Origin: Candidatus Methanomethylicia archaeon
GTDB lineage: Archaea > Thermoproteota > Methanomethylicia > Nezhaarchaeales > B40-G2
Direction: 5' to 3'
Length of the DNA: 64,000 nucleotides
Assembly (NCBI GenBank): GCA_029259155.1
Contig: JAPDJI010000020.1
Coordinates: forward strand, 32,001-96,000
This document shows positions 60,106 through 64,000 of this stretch, one piece after another; the first letter of the stretch is position 1, and every line of letters begins with the position of its first letter. Under the pieces are notes generated by a model, which ran no database searches, was not told the DNA's origin, and saw only the letters and a program-made list of their open reading frames with translations. The position numbers and the translations under genes are program-made.

Positions 60106-60140
60106 TATTTAAGTGTTACTGATTAAAATTAAATAACACT
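60106..60140 (-). promoter_or_regulatory. TATA box plus palindromic operator AGTGTTA-N15-TAACACT (NikR-like)
   Basis: Perfect 7-bp inverted repeat 60112-60118/60134-60140 abutting minus-strand TTAAATA (60112-60106) upstream of the ABC operon. Confidence 0.6.
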
Positions 60141-60209
60141 GGACTTCGGCGCAGGGGCCTATGAACATTATACCCAGCTAGTGCTGCTCCGAGAAAAGCA
60201 GGGTACCGA

Positions 60210-60821
60210 TCAATGAAGCTCCCTAGAAAACATGTTCCCTTGAAAGGGCGGACGAAGAAGCCTTAGAGAAGCGGACGAAAGCATAAATAGCGCGGCTACG
60301 ATCAATGTAGCCGCTAAAGTTTCTGGAATAGCTAAGCCGCTCCACGGAAAAAGCCAAGGTATCCCTGAGCTTAGCGATAAGAGAAGTATTGTAAGGCCTG
60401 TCTTAGGAAACTTTGTCCAAATAAGACCTATACCTATGACGATAAGGGAAATCGGGGTCAAGGCGAAGAAGCCTAGCGACACATAGAAATGAATTCTTCC
60501 GGCAGTCTCGGGGAAAAGCCCTATCGAAGACAGCAGTAGAGAAGATAGTAGGAGTAGGACGGATCCGACCCTGAGAAGACCGGCGGAGCGGTAAAGGTTC
60601 AACAACCCTAAACTGAAGACCACGCCCAAGAGGCCGCTGAAGATTAGGCCTGAATTAAAAATCAAGGCTGAAACCCCTTCAACTCCCAGGTCGCTCAACG
60701 CATTATTCCCCCAGTTAAACCAAGGCGAGGCGGCTATCGCCAACGCTATTGACGAGAAAGCAAAGAACGGCAATATAATGCCGCAGAGCAGCGCGGCTTT
60801 GATAAACCTAACATTATTCAA
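60210..60821 (-). CDS. DUF998 family membrane protein
   Basis: PWFNW..NALSDLG..FNSGLI, IGLFPE..IH. Confidence 0.82.
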   Translation of the reverse strand: MNNVRFIKAALLCGIILPFFAFSSIALAIAASPWFNWGNNALSDLGVEGVSALIFNSGLIFSGLLGVVFSLGLLNLYRSAGLLRVGSVLLLLSSLLLSSIGLFPETAGRIHFYVSLGFFALTPISLIVIGIGLIWTKFPKTGLTILLLSLSSGIPWLFPWSGLAIPETLAATLIVAALFMLSSASLRLLRPPFQGNMFSRELH

Positions 60822-60840
60822 ACCGAATACCTCAGGTACC

Positions 60841-61476
60841 TTACAGAAGTTCTACTTGGACATCCCTCTTCTTACTAAAACCACATATATGTCTATACTC
60901 GCACCACTCGCATTCCTCCGATCCCCATAAAGGGAAGCTATGTTCCCAACGCTTAATGTGAGACGCGACGTCTAGGTCTACCTCTATAGGCACCTCGATG
61001 ATATCGGTGGGGGTTATGAAGAGTATGGATGCGTGCTTAGCTTCGGTAAGCCACTTATACAACGCTACTTGGCACGTATACACCTTATCAACCCTCTCCA
61101 CCCTCCTAGTCGAGTACTTGATGTCTATCACCTTCACCGGCGCTCCGTCCTCGTAAACCACGACGTCCGGGTGTCCAACAACCCTATAACCCTCCACCTC
61201 CTTAACGAACTCGCGTTCAATGAGCACTGAAGCATCCCGGTAGATCTTAGCTAATGCCTGAAACACGCCTTGATGTATAAGCTCGCCTATCATGAGCCTT
61301 GGGTGCCACCGTCTCAGCTCAGCCACCTGCTCCTTAACCGCGTCGAAGTCACCACGCTTCTTACACTGTGCCAGCTCATGGACTAGGATGTCCTGGTTCC
61401 TTCGCTTAGCGTACTTGGAGCTCATTAAGTTGTACAGGTAGTTACGTAGATCGCGGCCTACGATGAGGTCGCTCAA
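60841..61476 (-). CDS. Solo Cas4-like PD-(D/E)XK nuclease with 4Fe-4S staple
   Basis: N-terminal Cys (AQCKKR), GELIH, GHPD, DIK, QVALY, C-terminal CEWCEYRHIC; no cas1 or array nearby. Confidence 0.8.
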   Translation of the reverse strand: MSDLIVGRDLRNYLYNLMSSKYAKRRNQDILVHELAQCKKRGDFDAVKEQVAELRRWHPRLMIGELIHQGVFQALAKIYRDASVLIEREFVKEVEGYRVVGHPDVVVYEDGAPVKVIDIKYSTRRVERVDKVYTCQVALYKWLTEAKHASILFITPTDIIEVPIEVDLDVASHIKRWEHSFPLWGSEECEWCEYRHICGFSKKRDVQVELL

Positions 61477-61617
61477 AGCGCTCTCCAGTTAAAGTTCCTT
61501 GAAGCGAGCTTTAAACCTAGCTGGAGCTTCCACCCCCTCACGGAGAAAACGACCAATCATGCTGCAAGCCTAACGCCAGTGAAAGAGATAATACGGTGAT
61601 TGAAGCGTCTCTGACAC

Positions 61618-62112
61618 ATGCAGGAAAAGCTTCTCGAGGCCTATAGGAACCTGGCTTTAGCCTATAGCTATGGCTGGTGGAGGACGCTAGCTTTAACCAT
61701 CAAGAAGTATGGGTGGGGGCTCGTGGAGGATGAAGAATGGCCTAGACTTGCCAGAAGCTTCGGCTTGAAGGAGGCTCGAGGCATACTTAAAGTATTACCT
61801 ACGCTCCACAAAGTTGACCTTGTAGCGGAGGCCTTGAAGCTGTCGCACTGGGCCCTATTCGAGAAGGTAGACATCGAAGTGGACGGCTCGAAGGTTAAGA
61901 TGAGGGTTTATGAATGTTCAGCTAGGAAGTCGCTGGCTAAGTGGAGGCTTGAGGATTATAGATGCGAAGTATTCACGTCGGCTGCCCTTGAAGGGTTCAT
62001 GGAGGCGTTAGGGGTTAAAGCCAAGATAATACGTGTTTATGGACCCCCCGACCCCTTGCCCGCATACGCGCCTAAAGGAGCGTCGTGTGAATGGTTAGTT
62101 GAAGTAAGCTAA
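61618..62112 (+). CDS. V4R-like small-ligand-binding protein
   Basis: MRVYEC..C..YGPPD..CEW pattern. Confidence 0.6.
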   Translation: MQEKLLEAYRNLALAYSYGWWRTLALTIKKYGWGLVEDEEWPRLARSFGLKEARGILKVLPTLHKVDLVAEALKLSHWALFEKVDIEVDGSKVKMRVYECSARKSLAKWRLEDYRCEVFTSAALEGFMEALGVKAKIIRVYGPPDPLPAYAPKGASCEWLVEVS

Positions 62113-63206
62113 TCGTTTTTGAGAGGCCAGTAAGGGGATAACACGGTCTTAATCCTCCTCAACAACCCATCCACATAGCTCTTAACCGAGGGCTGTGTGT
62201 GGGTTGCGGCTTCCCTGAAGGGAGGAGGGTGGCCAGCAAAAGCAGCTATGGTGTTGGCGGCACACTTAGGGATATACTTTAAGTTATAACCGCCCTCCAG
62301 TACAGCCACAAGCCTCCCTGAACAGTGTCTATGGGCTAGCTCCACCACTAGCTTGGCTATCTCGTAGTAACCTTGAGCGCTCAGCTTTAAAGCACCCAGC
62401 TGGTCTTGACGATGAGCGTCGAAGCCCACAGAAGCCACGATGAATTCAGGAGCGTAAGCCTCAACTATTGGAGGCAAAATCTCACTCAGCGCATACAGGT
62501 ACACGTCGTCCCCTACCCCAGGGGGGAGGGGCAGGTTTATGTTGAAGCCTTCGCCCTCGCCCTCACCTACCTCATCAAAGCTGCCGGTGCCCGGGTAGAT
62601 AGTCCTGCCGTCTTGGTGGACCGAGAAGTACAATACTTCTCGGCTTTGATAGAAGAGGTCCTGCGTCCCATTACCGTGATGGACATCCCAATCGACGATC
62701 AACACCCTCCTTAACCCCTTATCCTTCAATAGATGGGCTGCCAGTAGCGCAGCGTTGTTGAATAGGCAGAAGCCCATGGCTTCGTCCCTAGTGGCGTGAT
62801 GTCCCGGCGGACGGATGAGGCAGAAGGCGTTCGTCAACTTACCGTCCATGACTAGGTCGCCTGCCCTGAAAACTCCACCGACGGCCAGTAGGGCTACGTT
62901 AAAAGAGTCCGGTGAAGTGACGGTGTCCGAGTCTAGGTAGCCTCCCTTGACGCTAGCCTTCTCCACCTTCTCTATGAGGGCGGGTGAATGGACGTAGAGA
63001 AGCTTCTCAGGGTCGAGGCGTATTGGCTTAACTAGCTTAAGCTCGGCTCGCTCTATGAGCGAGGACTCCTTCAAGGCCTTAACTATCGCTATTAACCTAG
63101 CCCCTCTCTCAGGATGATCCTTGCCGGTGTCGTGTTTAAGGAATGCACGACTATAGATAATCCCTGTGGAGGGCACGTGAAAACACCTTGACCTTGAGGA
63201 GGGCAA
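62109..63206 (-). CDS. Histone deacetylase family protein
   Basis: HPE, RPPGHHA, GFCLFNN, DWDVHHGNGTQ, GFDAH, LEGGY. Confidence 0.95.
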   Translation of the reverse strand: MPSSRSRCFHVPSTGIIYSRAFLKHDTGKDHPERGARLIAIVKALKESSLIERAELKLVKPIRLDPEKLLYVHSPALIEKVEKASVKGGYLDSDTVTSPDSFNVALLAVGGVFRAGDLVMDGKLTNAFCLIRPPGHHATRDEAMGFCLFNNAALLAAHLLKDKGLRRVLIVDWDVHHGNGTQDLFYQSREVLYFSVHQDGRTIYPGTGSFDEVGEGEGEGFNINLPLPPGVGDDVYLYALSEILPPIVEAYAPEFIVASVGFDAHRQDQLGALKLSAQGYYEIAKLVVELAHRHCSGRLVAVLEGGYNLKYIPKCAANTIAAFAGHPPPFREAATHTQPSVKSYVDGLLRRIKTVLSPYWPLKND

Positions 63207-63257
63207 AGAGAGCTAAAATGTTTTACCCCTGTGAGAAGAAGTTAGAGAGGGAATTTT

Positions 63258-64000
63258 ATGCCTATCCTACCCATAGACACTGGGCGTTACGGTAGCCCTG
63301 AAATAAGAAAAGTGTTCGATGAGGAGGCTAGGCTTCAAAGGTTTCTAGACGTGGAGGCTGCGCTGGCGAAGGCCCACGCGGAGCTGGGCAACATTCCCGC
63401 AGAGGCTGCCGAGGAGATAGCTTCGAAGGCTAACGTTAACTACGTGAAGCTGGAAAGGGTCAAGGAGATTGAGGCTAGGATAAAGCACGATCTTATGGCT
63501 GTAGTAGAGGCCTTAGAGGAGGTTTGCGGGCCTCACGGCAGATTCGTGCACTTTGGAGCTACGAGCTACGACATAGAAGACACCGCCACCGCTCTCCAGC
63601 TTAAAGAGGCTTTGGAGATCATCGAGGCCAGGATGCTCGAGGTTGTGAAGGAGCTCCTACGGCTGACCGAGGAGCACGCTGAGACAGTGATGGTTGGTAG
63701 GACCCATGGACAGCACGCCCCACCTATAACGCTCGGCTTCAAGTTTGCCGTGTGGCTTAGGGAAATGGCTAGACACGTAGAGAGGCTTAAGCAGGTCAGG
63801 GAGAGGGTGCTCGTCGGGAAGATGTCAGGGGCGGTCGGGACGATGGCCGGGTTTGGGCCTAAAGCCTTAGAGCTTCAACGCAGGGTTATGGAGATACTTG
63901 GCTTAAAGCCAGCTGAGATCTCCACGCAGATTGTTCAGCGGGACCGCTATGCCGAGCTCATCTCGCTCTTCGCCTTGATAGCCTCAAGCCTAGACAAGTT
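63258..64000 (+). CDS. purB: Adenylosuccinate lyase (5' part, truncated by window edge)
   Basis: Manual translation MPILPIDTGRYGSPE..KHD..VHFGATSYD..GRTHGQHA..GKMSGAVG; not in ORF track. Confidence 0.94.
   Translation, partial: MPILPIDTGRYGSPEIRKVFDEEARLQRFLDVEAALAKAHAELGNIPAEAAEEIASKANVNYVKLERVKEIEARIKHDLMAVVEALEEVCGPHGRFVHFGATSYDIEDTATALQLKEALEIIEARMLEVVKELLRLTEEHAETVMVGRTHGQHAPPITLGFKFAVWLREMARHVERLKQVRERVLVGKMSGAVGTMAGFGPKALELQRRVMEILGLKPAEISTQIVQRDRYAELISLFALIASSLDK

Noticed and set aside
60841-61617. CRISPR array or cas operon near the Cas4-like gene
   Set aside because: No regularly spaced repeats or other cas genes in the window.

Overview
A 64-kb stretch of a hyperthermophilic archaeal chromosome. 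It carries reverse gyrase and TACK/Thermoproteota-style informational operons; a Nezhaarchaeales/Methanomethylicia-like lineage is plausible but not provable from this window. Most of it is core genome: ribosomal proteins, secY/secE/ftsY/SRP19, spt5, TFB, tRNA/rRNA modification and processing enzymes, AlaRS, a tungsten AOR operon, an ABC metal-complex importer and a solo Cas4-like nuclease. The most unusual signal is in the 8 tRNA genes. Four carry two BHB-type introns each, and six of those eight introns are at non-canonical sites. One lies in the acceptor stem of tRNA-His (3/4); its splice motif is built from the 5' leader, which also carries a 'decoy' acceptor strand. Another splits the anticodon of tRNA-Leu(GAG) (34/35). 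Two introns contain perfect complements to their own D-arm. Other hidden features: a one-base frameshift separating the C-Ala domain of alaS, a decayed NDT-like/LAGLIDADG-like gene beside tRNA-Gly, a decayed beta-propeller gene beyond tRNA-Ala, an unannotated 50-aa ORF heading the AOR operon, a candidate C/D box sRNA, and a NikR-like palindrome upstream of the ABC importer. No CRISPR array, rRNA or intact mobile element was seen. All calls come from reading the sequence; no searches were run.
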